DNA of 64,000 bases from Alphaproteobacteria bacterium (GCA_965248835.1 CBDFLJ010000002.1:1472001-1536000); one strand, 5' to 3'. Positions 1-10,932 are shown, counted from the stretch's first letter. Notes: generated by a model from the sequence alone, not told the origin. Numbers and translations are program-made.

Positions 1-293
1 ATCAGGCCGAGCAGCAGGAAGCCGGAGATCCAGGTAAACCCTGCCTCCCACTTGAACCAATGCAGCCTCTTGGGCACTTCCTCGGGTGCCAGATCCATCT
101 TTTCGACGACATAGAAGCCGCCGCTGTGGGTCATCCACAGCTCGCCCTCGACCCCCTTCTTGGGCGGGTCCGGCTTTTCCAGGTGGCTGTCCAGCCACAT
201 GAACAGGAACGACGAGCCGATCCAGGCGATGCCGGTGATCAGATGGATCCACCGGAGCACCAGGTTGAGCCATTCGCTGAGGACCGACTCCAT
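1..293 (-). CDS. puuD: Urate hydroxylase PuuD-type membrane protein, N-terminal part; runs off the window edge
   Basis: Manual translation from ATG at 293: MESVLSEWLNLVLRWIHLITGIAWIGSSFLFMWLD...GELWMTHSGGFY...LHWFKWEAGFTWISGF, which are PuuD/COG3748 motifs. Lies downstream of uraD. Not in the supplied ORF track. Confidence 0.85.
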   Translation of the reverse strand, partial: MESVLSEWLNLVLRWIHLITGIAWIGSSFLFMWLDSHLEKPDPPKKGVEGELWMTHSGGFYVVEKMDLAPEEVPKRLHWFKWEAGFTWISGFLLLGL

Positions 294-306
294 GCCCTAC
301 CCGTTC

Positions 307-813
307 CTAATCCTCGACCAGATCGAAAAGCCGAAATTGCCCTATCAGAGCGATGTTACGCAACGCCTCGGCCCGTTCGACGGCCGGGGTGTTGGCAAGC
401 CGCGCCTCGAATGCATCCAGGATACTCTGCCTGGTGTGACCTTTGACGGCGATGACGAACGGGAAGCCGAAGCGCTCGCGATAGGCGCCGTTGAGCCGGT
501 GGAACCGCTCGAACTCCGGGTCCGACAGCCGGTCGAGGCCGACGCCCGACTGCTCCCGGCTCGAATGCTCGCTCAGCGCGCCGGCGCGGGCGTCCTTGCC
601 GGCGAGATCCGGATGGGCGCGGATCAGAGCAAGCTGGGTCGCTTCGTCGGCCTGCTCGATCGCGGCCAGCATCGCTTCATGAAGCGCCTGTCTGCTCGCG
701 TACGGCCGGGACGCGCAGGCCGCTCTGGCGATCCACGGCGAATGCTCGAAGACCGTGCCCAGCGCCGCAACGAACGCCTCCTGAGTCGCCTCGTTGAGGG
801 CCGCGAGCTTCAC
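307..813 (-). CDS. uraD: OHCU decarboxylase
   Basis: FEHSPWIA, IRAHPDLAG, SSREQSGVGL and YRERFGFPFVIAV motifs; purine operon context. Confidence 0.93.
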   Translation of the reverse strand: MKLAALNEATQEAFVAALGTVFEHSPWIARAACASRPYASRQALHEAMLAAIEQADEATQLALIRAHPDLAGKDARAGALSEHSSREQSGVGLDRLSDPEFERFHRLNGAYRERFGFPFVIAVKGHTRQSILDAFEARLANTPAVERAEALRNIALIGQFRLFDLVED

Positions 814-3125
814 CCGGCCGCCTCGCGGGCCCGGACGTCCTCGACCGCAGCCAGCACGCGCTCGGGCGTCGCCGGCGGGTCAAGGGCGACGAAGTGGCGA
901 TGGCCGGCGAGGCCCGAGACCGCATCGCGGATTGCGAGCCAGACCGAGAGCGCCAGCATCAGCGGCGGCTCGCCGATCGCCTTGGAGCGGAAGATCGTCG
1001 GCTTGCGGTTCGGCGCGTCCTCCAGGATATGGATATTGAAGATCGGCGGCACGTCGCGGCTGCCCGGGATCTTGTAGGTCGACGGCCCGTGGGTGAGGAG
1101 CCTGCCGTCGGCGTCCCAGCACAGCTCCTCCATGCTCACCCATCCCATGCCCTGGACGAAGCCGCCTTCGATCTGACCCATGTCGATCGCCGGGTTCAGC
1201 GAGTTGCCGCAGTCCTGGAGGATGTCCGCGCGCAGCACCCGGTTCTCGCCGGTCAGCGTGTCGATCGCCGCCTCGGCAATGCAGGCGCCGTAGGAGAAGT
1301 AGTAGAACGGGCTGCCCTTCAGCGTCGCGTTGTCCCAGGTGAGGTCCGGCGTGCGGTAAAACCCCGCCGCCGAAAGCGAGACCCGTTCGCGCCAGGCGAG
1401 CTGGGCCAGTTCGGCGAAGGCCATCGACCGGTTGCCGGTATAGACCCGGTTGTCGGCGAAGCGGATTTCCGACCCGGAGACGTCGAAATGGGCGGCCGCG
1501 ACCTCGGTCATCCGCTCCCTGATCCGGCTCGCCGCATCAAGCGCCGCCATACCGTTGAGATCCGAGCCCGACGAGGCCGCTGTGGCCGAGGTATTGGGCA
1601 CCTTGCCGGTGTTGGTCGAGGAGATCTTGATGGTCTCAAGATCGATCTGGAAGACTTCCGAGACCACCTGGGCGACCTTGACGTAGAGCCCCTGCCCCAT
1701 CTCGGTGCCGCCATGGTTCAGGTGCACGCTGCCGTCGGTGTAGACATGGACCAGGGCGCCGGCCTGGTTGAGCGTCGGCACGTTGAACGAGATGCCGAAC
1801 TTGATCGGCATCATCGCGATGCCCTTCTTGATCACCGGGCTTTGGGCATTGAAGGCGGCGATCTCGGTCCGGCGGGCCTCGTAAGCCGCCTCGGCTTCCA
1901 GCCGCTCGACAATCGGTTCGATCAGGTTGTCGTCGACCACCTGGCCATAGGGCGTGACGTTGCGCGGGGCGGCACCGTAGTAGTTGGCCCGCCTGACGGT
2001 CTCGACATCGACCCCCAGATCGCGGGCGATGTGCTCGATCACCGCCTCGATCGCCACCATCCCTTGCGGGCCGCCGAAACCGCGGAAGGCGGTGTTGGAG
2101 ACAGTGTTGGTCTTGCAGCAATAGCCGCGGAACAGCGCGTTGGGGATATCGTAGCAGTTGTCCGCATGGCAAAGCGTGCGTGTCATCACCGAGGTCGACA
2201 GGTCGGCGACGTTGCCCGCGCGCGCGGCGAAAAGAATATCGAGCCCCTGGATGCGGCCGTCCTGGTCGAAACCGGCATCGTAGCGCATCAGGAAATCGTG
2301 CCGCTTGCCGGTGACCGTCATATCGTCGTCGCGCGACAGACGCAGTTTCACCGGGCCGCCGGACAGGCGGGCCAGCGCGGCCGCGATCGCGGCGACGATG
2401 CTGGCCTGGCTCTCCTTGCCTCCGAAGGCGCCGCCCATGCGCCGGATTTCGACCGTGACCGCGTTGACCGGCACGCCCAGCACCCGAGCGACCGCGTGCT
2501 GGACCTCGGTCGGGTGCTGGGTCGAGGAATAGACCAGCATGTCGCGGTCTTCCTGCGGCACCGCGAGCGCGACATGTCCTTCGAGGTAGAAATGATCCTG
2601 GCCGCCGCAGGTGACCTCGCCGGTGATCCGCCGCGGCGGCGGCGGCGATTGCCGTTTCCGCATCGCCGCGGCGCAGGATCTGCGGCGCGGCGACATAGGC
2701 CGCGCGCTCCAGCGCGTCTTCGATCGCCAGAACCGGCACGAGCGGTTCGTAGTCGACCTCGATCAGGCTGGCTGCCTGCCGCGCCGCATCGCGGGTGTCC
2801 GCGGCAACCGCGGCCACCGGGTGGCCGCAATGCTCGACCACCCCATCGGCCAGGATCGGCTCGCCCGAAAAGATCGGTGCGATGTCGTTGATGCCCGGGA
2901 TGTCGGCGGCGGTCAGCACCGCGCTCACGCCGGGGGCCGCGCGCGCCTTGGCGGTCTTGATGCCGCGGATCCGGGCATGGGCGTGCGGGCTGGTGGCGAG
3001 CCAGACTTCCTGGGTGCCCGGCAGGTTCGGCATGTCATCGATATAGACCGCCTGGCCGGTGACGTGCTTTTCGGCGCTGTCGTGGCGCCAGGCGCGATGG
3101 ACCCCGCCCTTCAGCGTTCCTGCGG

Positions 3126-3129
<4 letters not shown>
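810..3129 (-). pseudogene. xdhB: Xanthine dehydrogenase molybdopterin subunit split by one frameshift near 2630-2648 (real lesion or sequence error)
   Basis: The N-terminal part (HDSAEKHVTGQAVYIDD...RRGDAETAIAAA) is in the frame of ORF 1636..3633. The C-terminal part (GGQDHFYLEG, RRMGGAFGGKESQ, TAFRGFGGPQG, SKAIGEPP) is in ORF 810..2696. The GTG start overlaps the xdhA stop. Confidence 0.88.
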
Positions 3130-4559
<1,430 letters not shown>

Positions 4560-4611
4560 GCCGCCGGTGCGCCTTCCCGTCTGGCCTGCCAACTCGGCAG
4601 AATTATATGGC

Positions 4612-5094
4612 TCAGCCGGCCGGCACGCCATGCACGATGGGCTGGACGAACTGAAGCTCCATGTCCCAGGGGAAATAGATCCAGGTGTCCTGGCTGACTT
4701 CGGTGATGAAGGTATCGACCAGTTGCCGGCCGGCGGGCTTGGCATAGACGGTCGCGAAATGCGCCTTGGGCAGCATTTCACGCACGACCTTCGCCGTCAT
4801 GCCGGTATCGACCAGGTCATCGACGATCAGCCACCCTGCGCCGTCGCCTTCGACCGCCTTGAGGACCTCGATCCCACCCTGATCCTTGTAGTCGTACGAC
4901 GTCACGCAGATGGTGTCGATCATCCGGACCTCGAGCTCGCGGGCGACGATCGCGGTCGGCACCAGCCCGCCGCGGGTGATCGCGATCACGCCCTTCCAGG
5001 GGCCCTGCTCGGACAGCCGCCAGGCGAGCGCCTTGGCGTCGCGATGGAGTTGATCCCACGAAACCGGAAAGCCCTTTTGATACCTGTGCTCCAT
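4612..5094 (-). CDS. gpt: Xanthine phosphoribosyltransferase
   Basis: [22 protein letters not shown] motif [10 protein letters not shown], and [11 protein letters not shown]. Confidence 0.93.
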   Translation of the reverse strand: MEHRYQKGFPVSWDQLHRDAKALAWRLSEQGPWKGVIAITRGGLVPTAIVARELEVRMIDTICVTSYDYKDQGGIEVLKAVEGDGAGWLIVDDLVDTGMTAKVVREMLPKAHFATVYAKPAGRQLVDTFITEVSQDTWIYFPWDMELQFVQPIVHGVPAG

Positions 5095-5269
5095 TGCAAG
5101 GGTCCATCGTTGTTGGCTTCCAGAGCTATACCATGCCCGGCCGGGCGAAGTCCGGCCGATGGGCGCGGCGCCTGTCCGGGACCCGGCATTGGCGTGGTTC
5201 CATACTCGTTTCCGCGCCTCCGGTCATGATAAGTTGCCGCCCAGACCGACAAGCTGGGGGACGTTATCG

Positions 5270-6403
5270 ATGGATGCACTGCCGAGCCTCGCCGCCGACC
5301 CGCCGGCATCGAACCCGCTGTTCAACGACCGCAAGCTGAAGATGGGGACGTTCTGCACGAACCTGTCGAACGGCTGTGCGGCCTCGACCATCGACGGCGT
5401 CCTGCAGGCGAGCTGGCCGGAGACGGCGGCGCTGGCCAAGCTCGCCGATCAGATGGAGTTCGAGGCCCTGGTCCCGGTCGGGCGCTGGCTCGGCTTCGGC
5501 GGGCAGACCAACTTCAACGGCGCCGGTTTCGAATGCTATACCTGGGCGGCCGGCATCGGCGGGGTGAACAAGAACTCGGCAATCTTCGCGACCTCGCACG
5601 TGCCGACGGTCCATCCGGTGGTGGCCGCCAAGCAGGCCACGACCATCGATCACATCTCCGAAGGGCGGTTCACGCTCAACGTCGTGACCGGCTGGTACGG
5701 CACCGAGTTCACACTCTTCGGGATCGACGTGCCCGACCACGACCGGCGCTACGACATGGCCACCGAGTGGGTCGAGATCATCCGCCGGCTGTGGACCGAG
5801 GACGAGCCGTTCGACTTCGAGGGCGAGTTCTACAAGATCGGCGGCGGCCAGATGCTGCCCAAGCCGGTCCAGACGCCACGGCCGCCGTTCATGAACGCCG
5901 GCGGCTCCGAGCGCGGCCGGCATTTCGCGGCCAAGCATTGCGACATCGCCTTCATCGTCGTCGCCAACCACGACTACGACGACTTGAAGGCGCAAATCGC
6001 CGGCTACAAGGACCTCGCGCAAAAGGAATACGGCCGCGACATCAAGGTGTGGACCCACACCTACCTCGTCCAGGGCGAGACCGAGAAGGACGCGCGCGAC
6101 TTCTATCACCACTACGTCCACGAGAAGGGCGATTGGGAGGCGATCACCAACCTGACCGAGGGGCTCGGCCTCAACGCCCAGACCCTGCCGCTGGATGCGC
6201 TCCAGTTCCTCAAGGAGCATTTTGTCGCCGGCTGGGCCGGCTGGCCGGTGATCGGCACCAGGGAGCAAATCGTCGATACCTATCTGAAGCTCGCCGAAAC
6301 CGGTATCGACGGCGTACTCACGTCCTGGGCGCGTTACCAGGAAGGGATGGAGCAGTTCATGGTCGAGACATATCCGCTGCTGCAGCAGGCCGGGCTCAGA
6401 TGA
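5270..6403 (+). CDS. LLM-class (luciferase-like) flavin-dependent monooxygenase, RutA/SsuD-related
   Basis: PVGRWLGFGG, HPVVAAKQATTIDHISEGRFTLNVVTGW and PKPVQ..PPFMNAGGS motifs. Confidence 0.85.
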   Translation: MDALPSLAADPPASNPLFNDRKLKMGTFCTNLSNGCAASTIDGVLQASWPETAALAKLADQMEFEALVPVGRWLGFGGQTNFNGAGFECYTWAAGIGGVNKNSAIFATSHVPTVHPVVAAKQATTIDHISEGRFTLNVVTGWYGTEFTLFGIDVPDHDRRYDMATEWVEIIRRLWTEDEPFDFEGEFYKIGGGQMLPKPVQTPRPPFMNAGGSERGRHFAAKHCDIAFIVVANHDYDDLKAQIAGYKDLAQKEYGRDIKVWTHTYLVQGETEKDARDFYHHYVHEKGDWEAITNLTEGLGLNAQTLPLDALQFLKEHFVAGWAGWPVIGTREQIVDTYLKLAETGIDGVLTSWARYQEGMEQFMVETYPLLQQAGLR

Positions 6404-6771
6404 GCACGCCGCGGCCGCAGGTCGACCCCGACCGCCCGATTGCCGATACCAGGGTTTTCGATGCCGAGCAGACAAGGCGCGGCTACCGGCTCAACAAGTT
6501 CGCGATGTCCTTGTGCAGGCCGGAGAACCGGGAGGCCTTCAAGGCCGACGAGGAGGCGTTCCTGGCGGCGTCCGACCTGACCGCGGCCGAGAAGCAGCTC
6601 ATCCGCGCGCGCGACTGGCGGGCGATCATCGGCGAACACGGCGGCAACATCTACATGATCATGAAGATCGGCGCGGTGGTCGGCCAGGGGCTGTACCAGA
6701 TCGGCGCCCACCAGCGCGGCCAGACCTACGATGAGTTCCTCGCCACCCGCAACGCGTCCGGAGCACGCTGA
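6400..6771 (+). CDS. ligA: Protocatechuate 4,5-dioxygenase-type alpha subunit
   Basis: TRVFDAEQTRRGYRLNKFAMSL...ENREAFKADEEAFL...GGNIYMIMKIGA; ATGA overlap with the upstream gene. Confidence 0.85.
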   Translation: MSTPRPQVDPDRPIADTRVFDAEQTRRGYRLNKFAMSLCRPENREAFKADEEAFLAASDLTAAEKQLIRARDWRAIIGEHGGNIYMIMKIGAVVGQGLYQIGAHQRGQTYDEFLATRNASGAR

Positions 6772-6772
6772 G

Positions 6773-7612
6773 ATGGCGCGTATTGTCGGCGGGATCGGCA
6801 CCTGCCATGTCCCCTCGATCGGTGTTGCCTACGACCAGGGCCGCACCGAGGAGCCGGACTGGAAGCCGCTGTTCGACGGCTATGCGCCGGTCAAGGCGTG
6901 GCTGCGCCGGCTCGCGCCCGACATCGCCATCGTGGTCTACAACGACCACGGCGCGTCGTTCTTCTTCGACCACTATCCGACGTTTGCGGTCGGCGCGGCG
7001 GACTCATACGAGATCGCCGACGAGGGCTGGGGCCGGCGGCCGTTCCCCGATGCCCCGGGCGATGCGGCATTCTCCTGGCACCTGTGCAAGGCGCTGGTCT
7101 ATGACGAATTCGATATCACCATTTGCCAGGAGCTCGGGGTCGAGCACGGCTTCCTGGTGCCGATGCACCTGTGCTTCGATCACGACCCGGAATGGGCGGT
7201 GAAGACCGTGCCGATCGCGGTCAACGTCATCCAGCATCCGCTGCCGACCGCGCAGCGCTGCTGGAAGCTGGGCCAGGCGATCCGCCGGGCGGTCGAGAGC
7301 TATCCCGAGGACCTCAAGGTGGTGATCCTCGGGACCGGCGGGATGTCGCATCAGCTCAACGGCGCCCGCTTCGGCCATCTCAACCCCGACTTCGACAATG
7401 ACTTCCTGGACAAGATCGAGGCCGATCCCGAGGCGCTCGCTGCGCTGACCCATCAGGACATCATGGAAGAGGCCGGGGCGGAAGCGGTTGAGCTGATCAT
7501 GTGGCTGGTCATGCGCGGGGCGCTCATGGCGCCGCTTCAACGGGTGCATCGGTCCTACTACGCGCCCATGACCACCGGCATGGGGGTGATCGCGCTGGCG
7601 GAGACGGCATGA
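6773..7612 (+). CDS. ligB: Class III extradiol dioxygenase beta subunit
   Basis: CHVPSIG, VYNDH, EHG, GTGGMSHQLNG and EAVELIMWLVMRGAL motifs. Confidence 0.88.
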   Translation: MARIVGGIGTCHVPSIGVAYDQGRTEEPDWKPLFDGYAPVKAWLRRLAPDIAIVVYNDHGASFFFDHYPTFAVGAADSYEIADEGWGRRPFPDAPGDAAFSWHLCKALVYDEFDITICQELGVEHGFLVPMHLCFDHDPEWAVKTVPIAVNVIQHPLPTAQRCWKLGQAIRRAVESYPEDLKVVILGTGGMSHQLNGARFGHLNPDFDNDFLDKIEADPEALAALTHQDIMEEAGAEAVELIMWLVMRGALMAPLQRVHRSYYAPMTTGMGVIALAETA

Positions 7613-8601
7613 GAATCCAGCTTTCGATCGCGCTGGACACCAACCCGCGCACCCGGCCGATCCTGGACGGCATCGTGCAGCCGGAGGGCATCGACCTGGT
7701 GCCGACACCGCTCCATCCGGCCGACATGTTCTGGCGCCAGCTCAAGTTCGCCGAGTTCGACGTCTCGGAGATGTCGTTCTCTTCGCTGATCAAGGTGGTC
7801 GCGGCCGGCGATGACCGTTTCGTCGGCATTCCCGTGTTTACGACGCGCCATTTCTTCCAGAACTGGATTCTGGTCCGGCGCGATGCCGAGATCGACACAC
7901 CCGCCGATATGGCCGGCAAGCGGGTCGGCGTGCCGGAGTTCCAGCAGACCGCCGCGCTGTGGTCGCGCGGCATCCTCAAGCACGAGTTCGGCGTCGACCA
8001 GACCGAGATGGAATATTGGATGGAGCGGCTGCCCGGCCAGAGCCATGGCGGCGCGACCGGGTTCAACCCGCCGCCGGGCGTGGTCGTCCACCAGATCCCG
8101 CCCGAGACCAATATCGGCGAGATGATGATGGCCGGCGCGCTCGATGCGACTCTGCTGTTCATCCGCGGCGCCAACCTGCTCGACCGCAGCACGGTCGATC
8201 TCTACGAACAGCCGGAAATCGCGCCGTTGTTTCGCGACCCGGCGGCCGAAGGGCTGCGCTACTACCGCAAGACCGGGATCTATCCGATCAACCATGCGAT
8301 GGTGATGCGCAGGGAGATCGCCGAGAGGCACCCGTGGGCGGTGCTCAACGTCTACCAGGCGTTCGTGCGCGCCAACGCGCTCGCCGAGCGGCAGCGGCTG
8401 GAGCACATCGACTATCACCGCGCCGCGGGCCTGATCTCCGAGGACGCCTACCGGGCGCTGTGCGAACCCCTGGTCGAGCACGGCATCAAGGCAAACCGCC
8501 GGACCCTGGAGACCGCAGCCCGGTACTCCAACGAGCAAGCCTTGACCCCGCGCCTGATCGGCCTGGAGGAGGTCTTCGCCAAGAGCACGCTGGAACACTG
8601 A
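7609..8601 (+). CDS. 4,5-dihydroxyphthalate decarboxylase-like protein (periplasmic-binding-protein fold)
   Basis: FDVSEMSFSS, GIPVF, GKRVGVPEFQQTAALW and YYRKTGIYPINH motifs; no signal peptide evident. Confidence 0.75.
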   Translation: MRIQLSIALDTNPRTRPILDGIVQPEGIDLVPTPLHPADMFWRQLKFAEFDVSEMSFSSLIKVVAAGDDRFVGIPVFTTRHFFQNWILVRRDAEIDTPADMAGKRVGVPEFQQTAALWSRGILKHEFGVDQTEMEYWMERLPGQSHGGATGFNPPPGVVVHQIPPETNIGEMMMAGALDATLLFIRGANLLDRSTVDLYEQPEIAPLFRDPAAEGLRYYRKTGIYPINHAMVMRREIAERHPWAVLNVYQAFVRANALAERQRLEHIDYHRAAGLISEDAYRALCEPLVEHGIKANRRTLETAARYSNEQALTPRLIGLEEVFAKSTLEH

Positions 8602-8707
8602 AGACGCCCGCACAGCCCCATCCCGACCCACCAATAAACCGCCTCCGATCCCATTTTTGATAGAAGGCTTATTCCTGTAGTTCGAGTGCGATCAACATTT
8701 TGTAGGT

Positions 8708-8970
8708 GGACATCTCCAACAACCGTCGGATTCGACGAAGCTTTCGGTTTGTTGTCGGACTTTCAATCCGTTGATCAGCGTTGACAGCCTTGTTCGTCCG
8801 CCGTTTCGTCATCGGCGGATCGTTTTGTCGCCATTCGGACAGACTCATGCCGTGGCGGCACGCCGTTCATGGAAAATCAGGCGCTGGAAGTTCTATGCGA
8901 GGTTGGCCAGCCCGATCTTGGCCTCCGCCCGCTTGAGCCCGATGGTACGGACGAACAGGCCCATGCGATC
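8708..8970 (-). mobile_element. IS5-family remnant (transposase 3' end plus right end)
   Basis: The minus strand 8970-8845 reads DRMGLFVRTIGLKRAEAKIGLANLA*NFQRLIFHERRAATA*, an IS5 transposase C-terminus with an internal TAG. A terminus-like GGACATCTCCAACAACC starts at 8708. Confidence 0.75.
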
Positions 8971-9066
8971 TATATGGACGCCTCCCGGTTTGCGAGGGAC
9001 GAGTCGGCGTTGCGGACAACGGGTTGCAGTTCTATATCCGGCCCTTGCTTGCCAGCCACGCTTGGC
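8971..9066 (-). mobile_element. IS110/IS1111-type non-coding right-end fragment
   Basis: The minus strand reads GGCCGGATATAGAACTGCAA...CGCAAACCGGGAGGCGTCCATATA, resembling from memory the ends of alphaproteobacterial IS1111-type elements. It abuts the truncated IS5 transposase. Confidence 0.55.
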
Positions 9067-9496
9067 TCATCAATATCTTCCTCAAAACGAGCCGCTGCAG
9101 AGAATCATAATGAGGTGAGATTCTCTCGGTAAGTGGAGGCGTCCACCTGCGCCGCGAGGGCGTGCGCATCGGCCGCCGCCGAGCCGGCCGTCTGATGCGC
9201 CTGATGGGGCTTCAGGCGATTTGGCGGGCGCCGCGCACCAGCGATCCGTACCCGAGCATCGGGGCTACCCCTATCTGCTCAGGGGCTTGGCTATCGAGCG
9301 GGCGGACCAGGTCTGGTGCACCGACATCACTTAATATCCCGGTGCGCCGCTGCTTTCTGTACTTGATGGCGGTCACGGATCGGGCGAGCCAGTACGTGCT
9401 GGCTTGGCGCCTGTCGAACTCGCTGGATGCGAGCTTCTGTGTCGAGGCGCTCGACGAGGCGCTGGCCCGCCATGGCCTGTTGGAGATATTCAATAA

Positions 9497-9536
9497 TGAG
9501 CCTGCGAACGCCACAGGTCCGAGAGCGCATGCGAAC
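9497..9536 (+). repeat. 40-nt inserted element, copy 1
   Basis: Interrupts FN(TD)QGSQF of the IS3 OrfB; 26/40 identical without gaps to the reverse complement of 9634-9673. Confidence 0.7.
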
Positions 9537-9633
9537 CCAAGGCAGCCAGTTCACCGGCTTCGTCTTCACCGGGCGCTTGCGGCAGGCCGGTGTCCGGATC
9601 TCCATGGATGGCAGGAGCCGGTGCATGGACAAC

Positions 9634-9673
9634 GTTCGGCCATTCACTCGGACCGAAGGCGTTCATGGCCTCA
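9634..9673 (-). repeat. 40-nt inserted element, copy 2 (inverted)
   Basis: Interrupts MDN..FIER of the IS3 OrfB; its reverse complement is TGAGGCCATGAACGCCTTCGGTCCGAGTGAATGGCCGAAC. Confidence 0.7.
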
Positions 9674-10263
9674 CTCATCGAGCGGCCGTGGCGTTCGCTC
9701 AAATACGAGGCCGTTTATCTGCACGAGCTCGCCAATGACTTCGAGGCCCGGCGCGTCATCGGCGAATGGATCGGCTTCTACAATACCGAGAGGCCGCGCT
9801 CGGCGAGCGGACGCGGGCCGAAGCTTGGCGCGGCGATCCGCTTGTGGAAATGATGGACAAGCTGCTACGCGCCTTGCCCTTGAACGCATGCGTTCAAACC
9901 CCACAGGCGCAACAACAACGGCAAGGAGATCGATTCAAATGGCTTCTGGCGGCGTGATCGACAACCCGAATACACTTTAACTGAGCCGCCAGACTGTCAG
10001 AAAACGGGAGCCACCTCATTGAGGTTGCAAAGGGCGCTGCCTGTCATTAGGGTCGAGTTGCGCATTGCCATATTTCCCGTGTTGCTTGAACGGTCCGGGT
10101 GAGCGAGATGCGTCACGGGCACATCCGATCAAAGTCAGCCGGTACAGTTTGAATTGTCGAGGCCCGCAGTCTCGCAATACGCGCGCAATGCGGGCGGCTC
10201 GATCAGTAACCTTTCTGGAGCCATCCGACACCATTGTGTCGGACCCATAGGGAGGAAACACCA

Positions 10264-10932
10264 ATGCCGCTGGTTCTCGATTACATCGACCCCAGGCACA
10301 CCGCGGTCATCGTGGTCGACATGCAGAACGACTTCATCTCACCAGACGGGGCGCTGGAGACCCCGATGGGGCGCGACATCCTGCCCAGCCTCAAGCGGTT
10401 GCTGGATCACGCCCGCAAAACCGGCATGCGGGTGATCTATACCACCCACGTGCATCGGCGCGACGGTTCCGACATGGGGCTCTATGGCGAGATTTGGCCG
10501 CCGATCGCCATGCGCGCCGGGCTGGTCGACGGCGAACCCGGGATCGAAATCTACGACGAAGTCGCACCCGCCGAAAACGAGCCGGTGATCAAGAAACATC
10601 GCTATAGCGGGTTCATGGGCACCGATCTCGATATGATCCTGCGCACCCAGAAGATCGATACCGTCGCGGTGACCGGCGTCACGACCGAGAACTGCTGCCA
10701 CGCCACGGCGCGGGATGCGATGTTCAACGGCTACAAAGTCGCGTTCATCTCCGATGCCACGGGCACGTTCGACTATCCCGATATCGGTTTCGGCGAGCTT
10801 CCGGCCGCCGAAGTACATCGGGTGTCTCTGGGGATCCTGGGAGTGTCGACGGCTCATGTGATGAACGTCGACGAGTTCATCCAGCGCAGCGCCGCCAACC
10901 AGCCGCCCGGCGACCCGGCCGCCGCCGAATAG
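10264..10932 (+). CDS. Isochorismatase-family cysteine hydrolase (RutB / N-carbamoyl amidohydrolase-like)
   Basis: VVDMQNDF, KKHRYSGF and GVTTENCCHATARDA give the D-K-C triad; GGAGG RBS upstream. Confidence 0.88.
   Translation: MPLVLDYIDPRHTAVIVVDMQNDFISPDGALETPMGRDILPSLKRLLDHARKTGMRVIYTTHVHRRDGSDMGLYGEIWPPIAMRAGLVDGEPGIEIYDEVAPAENEPVIKKHRYSGFMGTDLDMILRTQKIDTVAVTGVTTENCCHATARDAMFNGYKVAFISDATGTFDYPDIGFGELPAAEVHRVSLGILGVSTAHVMNVDEFIQRSAANQPPGDPAAAE

Larger units (their letters stand above)
9111..10018 (+). mobile_element. Degenerate IS3-family element (OrfB integrase pseudogene; OrfA missing)
   Basis: Fragments across frames: RLMRLMGLQAI, YPYLLRGLAIER.DQVWCTDIT, VLAWRLSN, QGSQFT, RISMDGR, WRSLKYEAVYL, FYNTERP. 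Ends TGAGGTG (9111) and CACCTCA (10018). Confidence 0.88.

Noticed and set aside
894-2891. Long ORFs antisense or out of frame to real genes (e.g. 894..2891 +, 3135..4697 +, 50773..53118 -)
   Set aside because: Shadow ORFs typical of high-GC DNA; they overlap genes with clear family motifs and have none themselves.
8869-9132. ORF MENQALEVLCEVGQ...
   Set aside because: It is the antisense reading of the IS5 transposase tail and the adjoining IS end.
10170-10195. GCAAT repeats resembling ANTAR-binding hairpins
   Set aside because: Loop sequence and spacing do not fit the twin hexaloop pattern, and no ANTAR protein is present in the window.
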